Shown in pieces: positions 23,812 to 31,948 of a DNA stretch of 44,148 nt. This stretch comes from Candidatus Andersenbacteria bacterium RIFCSPHIGHO2_12_FULL_45_11b. GTDB lineage: Bacteria > Patescibacteriota > Andersenbacteria > UBA10190. The notes beneath the pieces are model-generated. The model was not told where the DNA came from. It saw only the letters and a program-made list of their open reading frames with translations, and did not search any database. The number at the start of each line of letters is the position of its first letter. The first letter of the stretch is position 1. The stretch is taken from positions 11,801 through 55,948 of the forward strand of contig MHHS01000032.1 in assembly GCA_001817115.1 (NCBI GenBank), in the 5' to 3' direction. The translations under genes and the position numbers were made by a program.

Positions 23812-25284
23812 CTACCTATCCGGATTTATGGTGATGTTGACGCGCTGGCCGATAGAGGGAATGCTTCGCACCCAGAATGGCCATAGTTTGATGTTTACCG
23901 TCTGTACTCCTGAAAGGTTCTGCAGATACGTGGTAGCCTCGTCCTGGCTGCGGCCGACGAGCTTATCTCGCAGAGTATCGATAGAAATATTCGGTATGGT
24001 TGTGTGTGTTACGCGGGCAGTGACAGATGCGGACTCTTTATCCCAATCTACGGATTCAACGGATTTTGTAAACGAGATTGGTGCAGGAAATAGGGTAGAG
24101 CTTGGGTCCAAGTGCTCGGAAAGCGCAGTATCAAGAATTTTTCCAAGCGCGCTGTCTTCATACGCGAACACTCGAGCAGTTGCATCCGCGGTAAACGAAA
24201 TTGTATCAGCCTTATCGCCCGTTTTTTGCCCGGGGGCAAAATTGGAGAGCTGTACATCCCAGCTTTCATCTAGAATTGACCAGCCCGATTGCAATTGTCC
24301 ATGAGCAGCTGCTTCCACTTGCGCTTTCGCCTGCGCTTTTGCCGCTTCATGCGCTTGGTCAATATCGGAGTCTGCGACTACTTTTACTTCTTGGCCGCTG
24401 CCCCCAGTTAATGTGCTTTCTGCTTGCCCATATACGACCGTTTGCGCAGAACTATCCAGCGCCGCAAAATTCAAGTGTTGCGGGGTAATATTTCCTTTCT
24501 CTCCTGCCTCTGCAGCCTCGACTTCTACCGTTGCGCTGGCAATGTTTGAATCTGAAGACGCGGGAATAATTTCGGAGCCGAGCATGTAAAAGAGCGTACC
24601 GTCTTTTGTGACCAGCCGGCTTTTCTCTTTAATTTTTTGTACGTCGAATGTTTTATTAAATATGCGTACGGTTCCTTTTGCTTTTGTACCCACAATTTCC
24701 GTAGTAGTAACAGGAGAAGCGCCCTCTACGCGTATTTGTTGAGAAAAAACTGTTCCGGGCACCGTATTGGGTTCGCTAGCCGTATTGCTTGCAATAGTGA
24801 GTTTTTGGTCAACAAGAAGCGGCGCTGTTTGGAGACGCAAATCAATAGTCGCGGAAGGAAGGAAAATAAATGCGGCAATGCCGGCGGTAAGCAGCACTAC
24901 TGCCAAGAGTGATAGCGCGATTTTTGTTTCTTTTGTTCCCAGCATCATAGCAGCCTTGCTAGGCTTTTTCTTCTTGGCTTTCTTTTGCTGGGGGGCAATG
25001 TTGTCAACAACTGCAAACAAAGGCCGTTTTTCCGTATCCACGTCTTCCTCGTTTTCCTGCTGTCGTGAAGCTGGTTTTTCTGGAAGAGTCTGCTTAGGTA
25101 TGTGCACGTTTGTAATGGGAATTTGAGATCCAGTAAAACGTCTGCTTGAAGTTTTTGCACTGGATTTTCTCGCAGCAGCCTTCTCTGCATGCTTCTCATA
25201 CAATTTTTTCGCTTCCGGCGGAAGTTCTTCCGGAATATCTTTTCGGGAAAACGATGGCTTTTGAGATGGGGTTATGTCGCGCAT
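23812..25284 (-). CDS. hypothetical membrane-anchored protein: disordered K/E/P-rich N-terminus, one TM helix, large extracytoplasmic beta-rich domain
   Basis: 490 aa. The TM helix is IALSLLAVVLLTAGIAAFIFL, at about residue 120. The remainder is Thr/Ser/Ala/Val-rich. I cannot assign a family with confidence. Confidence 0.6.
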   Translation of the reverse strand: MRDITPSQKPSFSRKDIPEELPPEAKKLYEKHAEKAAARKSSAKTSSRRFTGSQIPITNVHIPKQTLPEKPASRQQENEEDVDTEKRPLFAVVDNIAPQQKKAKKKKPSKAAMMLGTKETKIALSLLAVVLLTAGIAAFIFLPSATIDLRLQTAPLLVDQKLTIASNTASEPNTVPGTVFSQQIRVEGASPVTTTEIVGTKAKGTVRIFNKTFDVQKIKEKSRLVTKDGTLFYMLGSEIIPASSDSNIASATVEVEAAEAGEKGNITPQHLNFAALDSSAQTVVYGQAESTLTGGSGQEVKVVADSDIDQAHEAAKAQAKAQVEAAAHGQLQSGWSILDESWDVQLSNFAPGQKTGDKADTISFTADATARVFAYEDSALGKILDTALSEHLDPSSTLFPAPISFTKSVESVDWDKESASVTARVTHTTIPNISIDTLRDKLVGRSQDEATTYLQNLSGVQTVNIKLWPFWVRSIPSIGQRVNITINPDR

Positions 25285-25299
25285 TGAGTGTAAGTATAC

Positions 25300-25386
25300 G
25301 CTAGTTTCCTTCTCCTTGCCAAGGAAAAGGGGGATGAGGTGATAATAAAGACACGGCGTGGATTCCGGATCAAGTCCGGAATGACA
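25300..25386. repeat. composite repeat (family-B-like hairpin plus a family-A right half, A4)
   Basis: TCCTTCTCCTTGCCAAGGAAAAGGGGGATGAGG is followed by ACGGCGTGGATTCCGGatcaagtCCGGAATGACA. The A half overlaps the last codons and the TGA stop of alaS. Confidence 0.7.
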
Positions 25387-27298
25387 AGTTCTCTAACACC
25401 GCCTTAATGCGACGTACTCCGGCGGACGCGGATTCTTCCTTAGTGATTTTGAATTTCCCCAGCACGCCTGTGTGCTCCACGTGCGGGCCGCCGCAAATCT
25501 CGCACGAAAAATCACCCATAGTATATATAGAAACTGTATCGCCATATTTATGTTCAAATAATCCGAGTGCGCCCTTTTCTTTTGCTTGTGCAACAGACAT
25601 TTCTTCGCGCGTAACGGTCATATCTTTTTGAATTTGCTCGTTTACTAAGTTTTCTGTCTGCTTGATTTCTTCTGGCGTCATTTTCTCTGGATGTGAAAAG
25701 TCGAATCGTAATCGTTCTGGTGTTATATTGCTGCCTTTTTGCTGAACGTGATCGCCTAATACAGTTTTAAGAGCTTTGTGCAATAAATGCGTTGCAGTAT
25801 GATATTTTACGGACATATCGGAATGGTCTGCCAGCCCGCCTTTGAATTTGCCCGATGATGCTGTTCGAGATAAATCCTGATGTTTTTTCATGTTCGCATC
25901 AAATTCTTTTTGGAATCCGGCAGTATCAACTGTTTTGCCTTGTCGCTGTGCTTCCTCGATAATTAATTCAATTGGGAATCCATATGTTGCATATAAATCA
26001 AATGCCTGCTCGCCGTTAACATCGTCTCTATTCTGAAAAATCTGATCAAACTTGAGCAGCCCAGTACGTAATGTTTTACTGAACTTATTTTCCTCTTTTA
26101 AAATTTCCGACAAAATGATTTCTTGGCGTTCAAGTAAATTCGAATAGGCATTAGAGTAGGATTGAATAACAGATATCGCTAATTGTGATAAAAATGGCTT
26201 TTCTATTTCAAGAAATCGTCCGAAGCGCACTGCTCGGCGAATTAATCTGCGCGCGAAATATCCCTGGTCTTTTTTATCCGGAACTACTCCATCGCCAATG
26301 AGAAATGTTACGGCACGAATGTGATCAATAATAACTCTGAAATATTGGATATTTGCGTCTGCATATTTTTTCCCAGATATTTTTTCTAATATCGCAATCA
26401 TCGGCGCGAAAATATCTATAGTAAAAATATCTTGTGTATCATTTGCTGCGGCAGTTAATCGTTCTAGCCCTCCTCCGAAATCAACGTTTCTTTGCGGCAA
26501 TTCTATAAACCCTTGCTCGGTTTTAATGTATTGCATAAAAACGTTGTTGCCAATTTCCATAAATCGTCCGCAATCGCAATTCACGTGGCAAGGCTGATTT
26601 GCGTACACAGATGCCGCGTGAATGGGTTCGGGCAATTCGTTATCGTTCAACCCGCCAGTCCGGCGGGTGGAAGCCAAAGGGCTTCCAAAGTCCCAGAACA
26701 TTTCTGTGTCCGGGCCACCAGGCTCGCCTACGGGCATATTTTCAGGAATTCCTGCGCGCGACCACCAATTTTTTTTCTCGCCGTATGAAAAAATGCGCCC
26801 ACCCTGCATTCCATTTGTTTCGCAATCATCAACAATGTCAGCAGTAATACCGACAGATTGAAATTCATTTTTCCAGATTCTCCCGCTCTCCGTGTCTTTT
26901 GGAATGCCGATTTCATCATTTCCGGCAAAAATAGTGACATATATTCTATTGGGATCAAGCTCCAATTCTTTTGTTAAAAAATCGAACATCCATGGGATTT
27001 GCTGCTCTTTAAAATAATCGCCAAGCGACCAATTCCCAAGCATTTCGAAGAACGTCGTATGTCGGTTATCTCCTATGTCATCGATATCCTGTACGCGCAA
27101 GCATTTTTGCGAATCAGCGAGGCGGGAGCCTTCAGGATGTTTTTGCCCGAGCAAGTAGGCGATCATTGGCTGCATCCCAGAGCCTGTGAACAGTGTTGTG
27201 GAATCATTCTCTGGAACTAGTCGAGAAGACGGAATAATCGCATGTTGTTTAGATGCAAAAAAGTCGATATATTTTTTTCGGACATCGTTGAGAGTCAT
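25370..27298 (-). CDS. alaS: alanyl-tRNA synthetase, short form
   Basis: I take the start at ATG 27298 (MTLNDVRKKYIDFFASKQHAIIPSSRLVP..DSTTLFTGSGMQP). The 46 upstream codons in the track ORF are read from repeat A5. The class II catalytic core and the editing-domain HxxxH/CxxxH motifs (HTATHLLH, CGGPHV) are present. At 642 aa there is no room for a C-Ala domain. Confidence 0.93.
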   Translation of the reverse strand: MTLNDVRKKYIDFFASKQHAIIPSSRLVPENDSTTLFTGSGMQPMIAYLLGQKHPEGSRLADSQKCLRVQDIDDIGDNRHTTFFEMLGNWSLGDYFKEQQIPWMFDFLTKELELDPNRIYVTIFAGNDEIGIPKDTESGRIWKNEFQSVGITADIVDDCETNGMQGGRIFSYGEKKNWWSRAGIPENMPVGEPGGPDTEMFWDFGSPLASTRRTGGLNDNELPEPIHAASVYANQPCHVNCDCGRFMEIGNNVFMQYIKTEQGFIELPQRNVDFGGGLERLTAAANDTQDIFTIDIFAPMIAILEKISGKKYADANIQYFRVIIDHIRAVTFLIGDGVVPDKKDQGYFARRLIRRAVRFGRFLEIEKPFLSQLAISVIQSYSNAYSNLLERQEIILSEILKEENKFSKTLRTGLLKFDQIFQNRDDVNGEQAFDLYATYGFPIELIIEEAQRQGKTVDTAGFQKEFDANMKKHQDLSRTASSGKFKGGLADHSDMSVKYHTATHLLHKALKTVLGDHVQQKGSNITPERLRFDFSHPEKMTPEEIKQTENLVNEQIQKDMTVTREEMSVAQAKEKGALGLFEHKYGDTVSIYTMGDFSCEICGGPHVEHTGVLGKFKITKEESASAGVRRIKAVLENLSFRT

Positions 27299-27327
27299 GA
27301 CGATAGCGTAGCAGGCCACATAATAGT

Positions 27328-27426
27328 TGTCATCCCGGCCTCTGAGCCGGGATCCAGAAATAACGACGTGGATTCCGGGTCCAGCCTTCGCCAAGGCTAC
27401 GGCCGGCAGGCAAGCCCGGAATGACA
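27328..27426. repeat. family-A palindromic element, long variant (A5)
   Basis: Sequence: TGTCATCCCGGcctctgaGCCGGGATCCAG...ACGTGGATTCCGGG-tccagccttcgccaaggctacggccggcaggcaag-CCCGGAATGACA. It is intergenic, 30 nt upstream of the alaS ATG. Confidence 0.85.
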
Positions 27427-27432
27427 AATTAT

Positions 27433-28050
27433 TCAATCCGGCTGCTGGGTGACCATCGTATCTTGGTTATTCGGCAATATGGTTGGCGTAAATTGCAGGG
27501 AATCCCGATAAGGGTTCGGCCATGAGGCATGAATAGGGCCTTCAAATTTCTCCATAAAATCGCGCGCTTGCTCAATTGTTTTCTTTTCAATAGCAATTTC
27601 GTGAGCAAGGTTAAGTATAAGCGTATTCGTGTGCTCATTCTCGCAAAACGCAGTCATTTCCCCGCGTGTTTTATCGAGCAGGATGCTGCCGTCGAATGCT
27701 GCAATTTCATCATGTTTATCTGTCGGAATCATTGCGTCTACTGTTTGCTCGAGCAGATCGATATGCGGATGCGGCACATTATGGCGCACTCCTTCGCGAT
27801 GCAATACGGTTCGTTTCCATGGGCCGTTGTAGTGCCATATCAGCATCGTCTGCGTGGCTTCGTGCGGCATGCCATAGGAATGAATAAGGATACTTGCCAT
27901 TTTGCGGGAAGCGTTCGGCCAGCTGGAAATAAGATCCTGTACTGCAGATCCTTGAATGCGAGGTGCCTTAATTCTTGTCATGCCATGCATACCTTCACTA
28001 TTCATATATTGCAAGAGTCTGTCAATGCTGCAGGCGAAGTATTTCGACAA
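27433..28050 (-). CDS. hypothetical protein (orphan); start uncertain
   Basis: 205-aa ORF whose first codon is TTG; the internal ATGs at codons 16, 21 and 24 are alternative starts. I recognise no domain. Confidence 0.45.
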   Translation of the reverse strand: MSKYFACSIDRLLQYMNSEGMHGMTRIKAPRIQGSAVQDLISSWPNASRKMASILIHSYGMPHEATQTMLIWHYNGPWKRTVLHREGVRHNVPHPHIDLLEQTVDAMIPTDKHDEIAAFDGSILLDKTRGEMTAFCENEHTNTLILNLAHEIAIEKKTIEQARDFMEKFEGPIHASWPNPYRDSLQFTPTILPNNQDTMVTQQPD

Positions 28051-28064
28051 GAAACTCTGACAAA

Positions 28065-28754
28065 TTAAAAATACTTGCGCTCTTTTGAATCTTTAATAAC
28101 TGCAAATGCTTCTTCTGGTGTCTCGACGATAGTGTAGAGAGTTGTGTCCTCTGCGGAAATTGTTTTAAACGTCTGCACTAATGAAGTGCGAATCCAAGTA
28201 TCGAGTGGTTCCCAGAATTCTCTCCCCACGCATATAACGGGAACGCTGTTCATTTTTTTTGTTTGAATTAATGTGATCATTTCGAAAAACTCATCCAGAG
28301 TACCGAACCCGCCTGGGAAAAATACATATGCCTGCGCCGATGCAGACAACATGACTTTGCGCGTAAAAAAATAGTGAAACCCAATCCCCTTTTTCACATA
28401 CGCATTGCGGCGCTGTTCTGTTGGCAGCTGGATATCGAGACCGATGGATTCCCCTCCGCCTTCATATGCTCCCCTGTTCCCTGCCTCCATAATTCCGGGT
28501 CCGCCTCCTGTGATGATGGTAAACTGCTCTTCTGCAAGTAGGCGCCCCAGCTTGCGTGCAACTCCATACCACTTATCTGTTTCTGGAAGCCGCGCAGATC
28601 CGAAAAAGGTTACTTCTTTGCGGAGCGGATAGAGAAATTCGAATCCATCCACAAATTCCGCCATGATGCGGAAAATTCTCCAGTTTGCATCTTCAGAAAA
28701 ATCAAATGGCCTATCAATCGGGAATTTATTTTGATCCGCATGATCATATCGCAT
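28065..28754 (-). CDS. LOG family / TIGR00730 Rossmann-fold nucleotide phosphoribohydrolase
   Basis: 229 aa with hallmark motifs TGGGPGIMEAGNRGA and PGGFGTLDEFFE. Confidence 0.9.
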   Translation of the reverse strand: MRYDHADQNKFPIDRPFDFSEDANWRIFRIMAEFVDGFEFLYPLRKEVTFFGSARLPETDKWYGVARKLGRLLAEEQFTIITGGGPGIMEAGNRGAYEGGGESIGLDIQLPTEQRRNAYVKKGIGFHYFFTRKVMLSASAQAYVFFPGGFGTLDEFFEMITLIQTKKMNSVPVICVGREFWEPLDTWIRTSLVQTFKTISAEDTTLYTIVETPEEAFAVIKDSKERKYF

Positions 28755-28774
28755 GCAGACATTGTATCACAGTC

Positions 28775-30628
28775 TTAGATTTTCGGCGGTTTAGGCGGTG
28801 TGTAATTCGAAATAGGGTTTATTTTTGACGGAGCGATTGGCGGTAGAGGAACGCTTGTTTGTTGCTCGTCTCGCGATTCTCTCCCACCCCCTCTAACTCC
28901 CCCTCGGGCAGGGGGAGAAACTCTCTCCTTTTTCCGCTTATCGAAACATTCTTTGCAGAATACTTCCTTTTCCGGATCTGGTTTGAATGGCACTTCTGTT
29001 TGTTTTCCGCAATTCGAACAAATTGCTGGGTAAAGCTGTATAGTCTTTTTTGGTATTCGCGCCTCCTCAACACCTGGTGTTCTACCGTTAACACCAGGTG
29101 TTTTCCCGGCGCTTGCATCGTCCTTCTTCCCTCCCAATAATGTCGATAAATCCGTAATCACTTCCTGTTTTGCAGGAGAAATGACGACGTCTTCCAGTTC
29201 GTTTTCTTTGATAGGTTGAGGTTGTGTTTGCTGAGGTTTATTTAGCGTGTTTATAGGACGCGAGTTTTGCTGTAGTTGGCTATTTTGTGGTTGTCCTTGC
29301 TTGCCAAGGAAAATCTGTGGCTTAGTGGATTGCCGACCATCCTCTTGCACGTCCATTGTTGAGCTGCTCCACCGCGCAATTTTATCTTCAATTTCTTTTC
29401 GAGGAGACCCGTACCGCTCTCTGGATACGCGCAAAACTTTTTCTTTGCTATTATATGTATCTGATACAGGCGGAATAGTTTCCATTGAGAACGGCGCACT
29501 TGTAGCTCCCTGAATCATGAGCTTGATGTATGCATTGTATTTATCCAAATTTACTAAATCGGTCTGCGTAAAATACGGCATAAATTCTTTTTCCAGATAT
29601 TCTGCATCGAATGCGCCGACTCGAAAGGAGATGATAGTACCCACGTTTCCGAATACAGCATCGCGAACAACTTCCTCCATCTGCGTGATATATTGGTGGG
29701 CGATAATAAGGTTTAAGCGATATTTGCGGGCTTCAGACAAAATGGTCGCGAACGATTCCGTGGCAAAATTTTGGAATTCATCCACGTATAAATAGAAATC
29801 TTTTCGGTCGGCTTCCGGAATGCTTGCCCTATCCATTGCGGCCAGCTGGAGCTTAGTGATAAGCATGGCGCCTAAGAGGGCGGAGTTATCTTCCCCAATT
29901 CTTCCCTTTGATACGTTGATGAGAAGAATTTTTCCGTTATCCATAATATCTTTCATATCAATGGTGCTTTTCGGCTGGGCGACGATATTGCGAATAATAG
30001 AGGAGCTTAAAAATTGCCCCACTTTATTTTGGATCGGGGATATCGCCTCGCTTCGGAATCGTTCGTTGTAGTTTGCGAATTCATTTTCCCAAAAGGCCTT
30101 TACTACAGGGTCCGATATATAATCAACGACCTTTTTCCGATACCCTTTATCGGAAAGCATGCGCATGATTCCAAGCATAGTACTCGAGGGGTAATCAAGA
30201 AGCGCTAAAATCACGTTGCGTAAAATATACTCCAAACGAGGCCCCCAAGAATCGGCCCAAATTTTCTTTAACGAGCTTACCAGGCCAGATGCGACGAGGT
30301 ATTTGTATTGCGGATCGACAGATTCAAGCGGATTAAACGCTACGGGGAAATCAATATCTGCAGGGTCGAAATATACCACGTCATTGATTCTTTCTGGCGG
30401 AATGGCATCTGCTATTTTCTCCGCAACGTCGCCATGGGGGTCTACGAGAGCAAGGCCTCGCCCCATTTTTACGTCCTGTAAAATCATGTTTTCCAAAAGC
30501 GTAGTTTTTCCTACTCCAGTTTTTCCAATCACGTATACGTGGCGTCGGCGATCGTCCGTGTAAATGCCGAATGGCCTGCGTTGGTGTCGGAAATTTGTTT
30601 GTCCTATGACGGTTATCTCTTCAGGCAT
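28775..30628 (-). CDS. VirD4/TraD/TraG-like (T4SS coupling-protein-like, FtsK-HerA superfamily) P-loop ATPase fused to a C-terminal CxxC-x17-CxxC zinc ribbon
   Basis: 617 aa. It has Walker A (GKTGVGKTT), Walker B (FYLYVDEFQNF) and ARKYRLNLIIAHQYITQM, then a Q/P-rich linker and CSNCGKQTEVPFKPDPEKEVFCKEC (exactly 17 residues between the CxxC pairs). There is no N-terminal TM segment. Confidence 0.75.
   Translation of the reverse strand: MPEEITVIGQTNFRHQRRPFGIYTDDRRRHVYVIGKTGVGKTTLLENMILQDVKMGRGLALVDPHGDVAEKIADAIPPERINDVVYFDPADIDFPVAFNPLESVDPQYKYLVASGLVSSLKKIWADSWGPRLEYILRNVILALLDYPSSTMLGIMRMLSDKGYRKKVVDYISDPVVKAFWENEFANYNERFRSEAISPIQNKVGQFLSSSIIRNIVAQPKSTIDMKDIMDNGKILLINVSKGRIGEDNSALLGAMLITKLQLAAMDRASIPEADRKDFYLYVDEFQNFATESFATILSEARKYRLNLIIAHQYITQMEEVVRDAVFGNVGTIISFRVGAFDAEYLEKEFMPYFTQTDLVNLDKYNAYIKLMIQGATSAPFSMETIPPVSDTYNSKEKVLRVSRERYGSPRKEIEDKIARWSSSTMDVQEDGRQSTKPQIFLGKQGQPQNSQLQQNSRPINTLNKPQQTQPQPIKENELEDVVISPAKQEVITDLSTLLGGKKDDASAGKTPGVNGRTPGVEEARIPKKTIQLYPAICSNCGKQTEVPFKPDPEKEVFCKECFDKRKKERVSPPARGGVRGGGRESRDEQQTSVPLPPIAPSKINPISNYTPPKPPKI
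28876..28930. repeat. family-B hairpin element (B5) inside the ATPase 3' end
   Basis: The hairpin CTCCCCCtcgggcaGGGGGAG has the same loop as B1. It is translated as RVSPPARGGVRGGGRE, immediately after the zinc ribbon. Confidence 0.65.
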
Positions 30629-30636
30629 AGCAATGG

Positions 30637-31914
30637 TTATGCGTAGGGCAAATTAGCAGGAGGGTTCTTGTGCCCAGACTTTGCACGGGCAACGCCTGGA
30701 GCGGAAACGTATTTTACAGGGAAGTGGTAAATAGTTGCCAGCTCTTCTGCATTGAGCATTTGTCCAGAATCTACACCGAAGAAATCTCTCCATTGAAAGT
30801 TTAGAAAGGCGTTGCGTTCTCGCAGGTATCGTCGGCGATCTTTCATGATAAAACTAGGGCCGTTTGTTTTTGTTTCCCCGTCTGGCTTGAAGGAGTTTAA
30901 GTGCGATGCTGCAAATTGTTTGAATATGCCGAAGCCTCGAGCGATATTCGGTTTCTTTAGCTGGCCTACCGGAGCAATATGCACGATGCGGATTTTTGTT
31001 TTATAGCAATTTCCTGAAATCTTTTGCAAAATACTTTTCATCTTTGCGTCATCTACCGGATTGAAAAAACGGAGCACTTTTTCTTCTTTCTTATCTTCTA
31101 GCACAATCGGTCCGCTGAAAATAGCTCTGAAAAATTCACCCGGCAAGGCAGACATCAATGCTTGTGCGTTCTCCCACATGCCTGGCTTAGCTTTCTTCGC
31201 CTGGCCGGAAATTTCAGCGATGCGCTGTTCTCCTTCTTGCTCCCATTTCTTGATTCGTTTGCCGTCAACGGGCCGAACTAATACCTGCACCCAAAACTCT
31301 TCCCCAGGTTCTACGTTCGTGAGCGCTTCTACGATAATTTGCATCGGGTCTACAAACGGAATTTCTTCTGCCAAATTTGCTTCGAATTCCCGGTATGTTT
31401 TTATCGGAAGGATATCATCTTCAGTGAGCACAACGTCGCCCCCCCACATTTCAAATGTAGTGCGCAAACCTTCTACGTTGTACCGCTGGGTGTAATCCTC
31501 AACTTCTTGAATATCTGCTTTCGGGTATTGCGCATAAATGATTCCCTCGAACAATTGCCGGTGCGCCGTGGGCACCACGACAACGAATTTTGCGGAATGT
31601 TGCGTGCAATAAATTTCAAAGCTGGCCCAGGGTTCTAAATATCCATCGAAGTATTTTTCATTGAAATCGGGGCTTTTATGCATTCCACCCATCACCTCGA
31701 AGATAACTTCCATTGATCGGGGAGTTTCTTCCGACTCTTCCGGCAAAGTAACCTGGTAGAACGTCCATTCAATAGCGCTTACGTAGTCGATCATTTTTAG
31801 GAGGAGGTACGTTTTCCATGCGATCCACATAATCATCCAAACAACAAGGAGCCAGCCGAACGTGAGCATGGTTGGCCCGAAGTCCCTGGCAAAGTCAGCG
31901 AAAGAATAACCCAT
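30637..31914 (-). CDS. hypothetical membrane protein (N-terminal TM hairpin plus a ~370-aa cytoplasmic domain), partner of the T4CP-like ATPase
   Basis: 425 aa. The TM region is MLTFGWLLVVWMIMWIAWKTYLLL. Its stop lies 8 nt upstream of the ATPase ATG. I cannot name a domain with confidence. Confidence 0.6.
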   Translation of the reverse strand: MGYSFADFARDFGPTMLTFGWLLVVWMIMWIAWKTYLLLKMIDYVSAIEWTFYQVTLPEESEETPRSMEVIFEVMGGMHKSPDFNEKYFDGYLEPWASFEIYCTQHSAKFVVVVPTAHRQLFEGIIYAQYPKADIQEVEDYTQRYNVEGLRTTFEMWGGDVVLTEDDILPIKTYREFEANLAEEIPFVDPMQIIVEALTNVEPGEEFWVQVLVRPVDGKRIKKWEQEGEQRIAEISGQAKKAKPGMWENAQALMSALPGEFFRAIFSGPIVLEDKKEEKVLRFFNPVDDAKMKSILQKISGNCYKTKIRIVHIAPVGQLKKPNIARGFGIFKQFAASHLNSFKPDGETKTNGPSFIMKDRRRYLRERNAFLNFQWRDFFGVDSGQMLNAEELATIYHFPVKYVSAPGVARAKSGHKNPPANLPYA

Positions 31915-31948
31915 GTCCTGTATTGTACTGCAAAAATTCGATTAGTGC

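Noticed and set aside
23765-24304. Plus-strand ORFs of 60-190 aa throughout the window, e.g. 50..376, 6835..7359, 9068..9634, 20169..20660, 23765..24304, 27529..28068, 39236..39649
   Set aside because: All lie antisense to, or out of frame with, well-supported conserved minus-strand genes. Their compositions are typical of shadow ORFs (Ser/Cys/Arg/Phe-rich), and they have no SD or promoter.
26640-26690. Small GC-rich hairpin (CCCGCCagtccGGCGGG) inside alaS, encoding ..ASTRRTGGL.., as a possible fourth repeat family or insertion
   Set aside because: There is only one copy in the window and no similarity to families A, B or C. This part of AlaRS (before the C..C zinc-binding segment) varies in length among lineages, so I cannot distinguish an insertion from normal divergence.
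25370-27436. Track ORF giving AlaRS a 46-aa N-terminal extension (MNNLSFRACLPAVALAKAGPGIHVVISGSRLRGRDDNYYVACYAIV)
   Set aside because: These codons are simply the family-A repeat A5 read in frame. The conserved AlaRS N-terminus (MTLNDVRKKYIDFF..) starts at ATG 27298.
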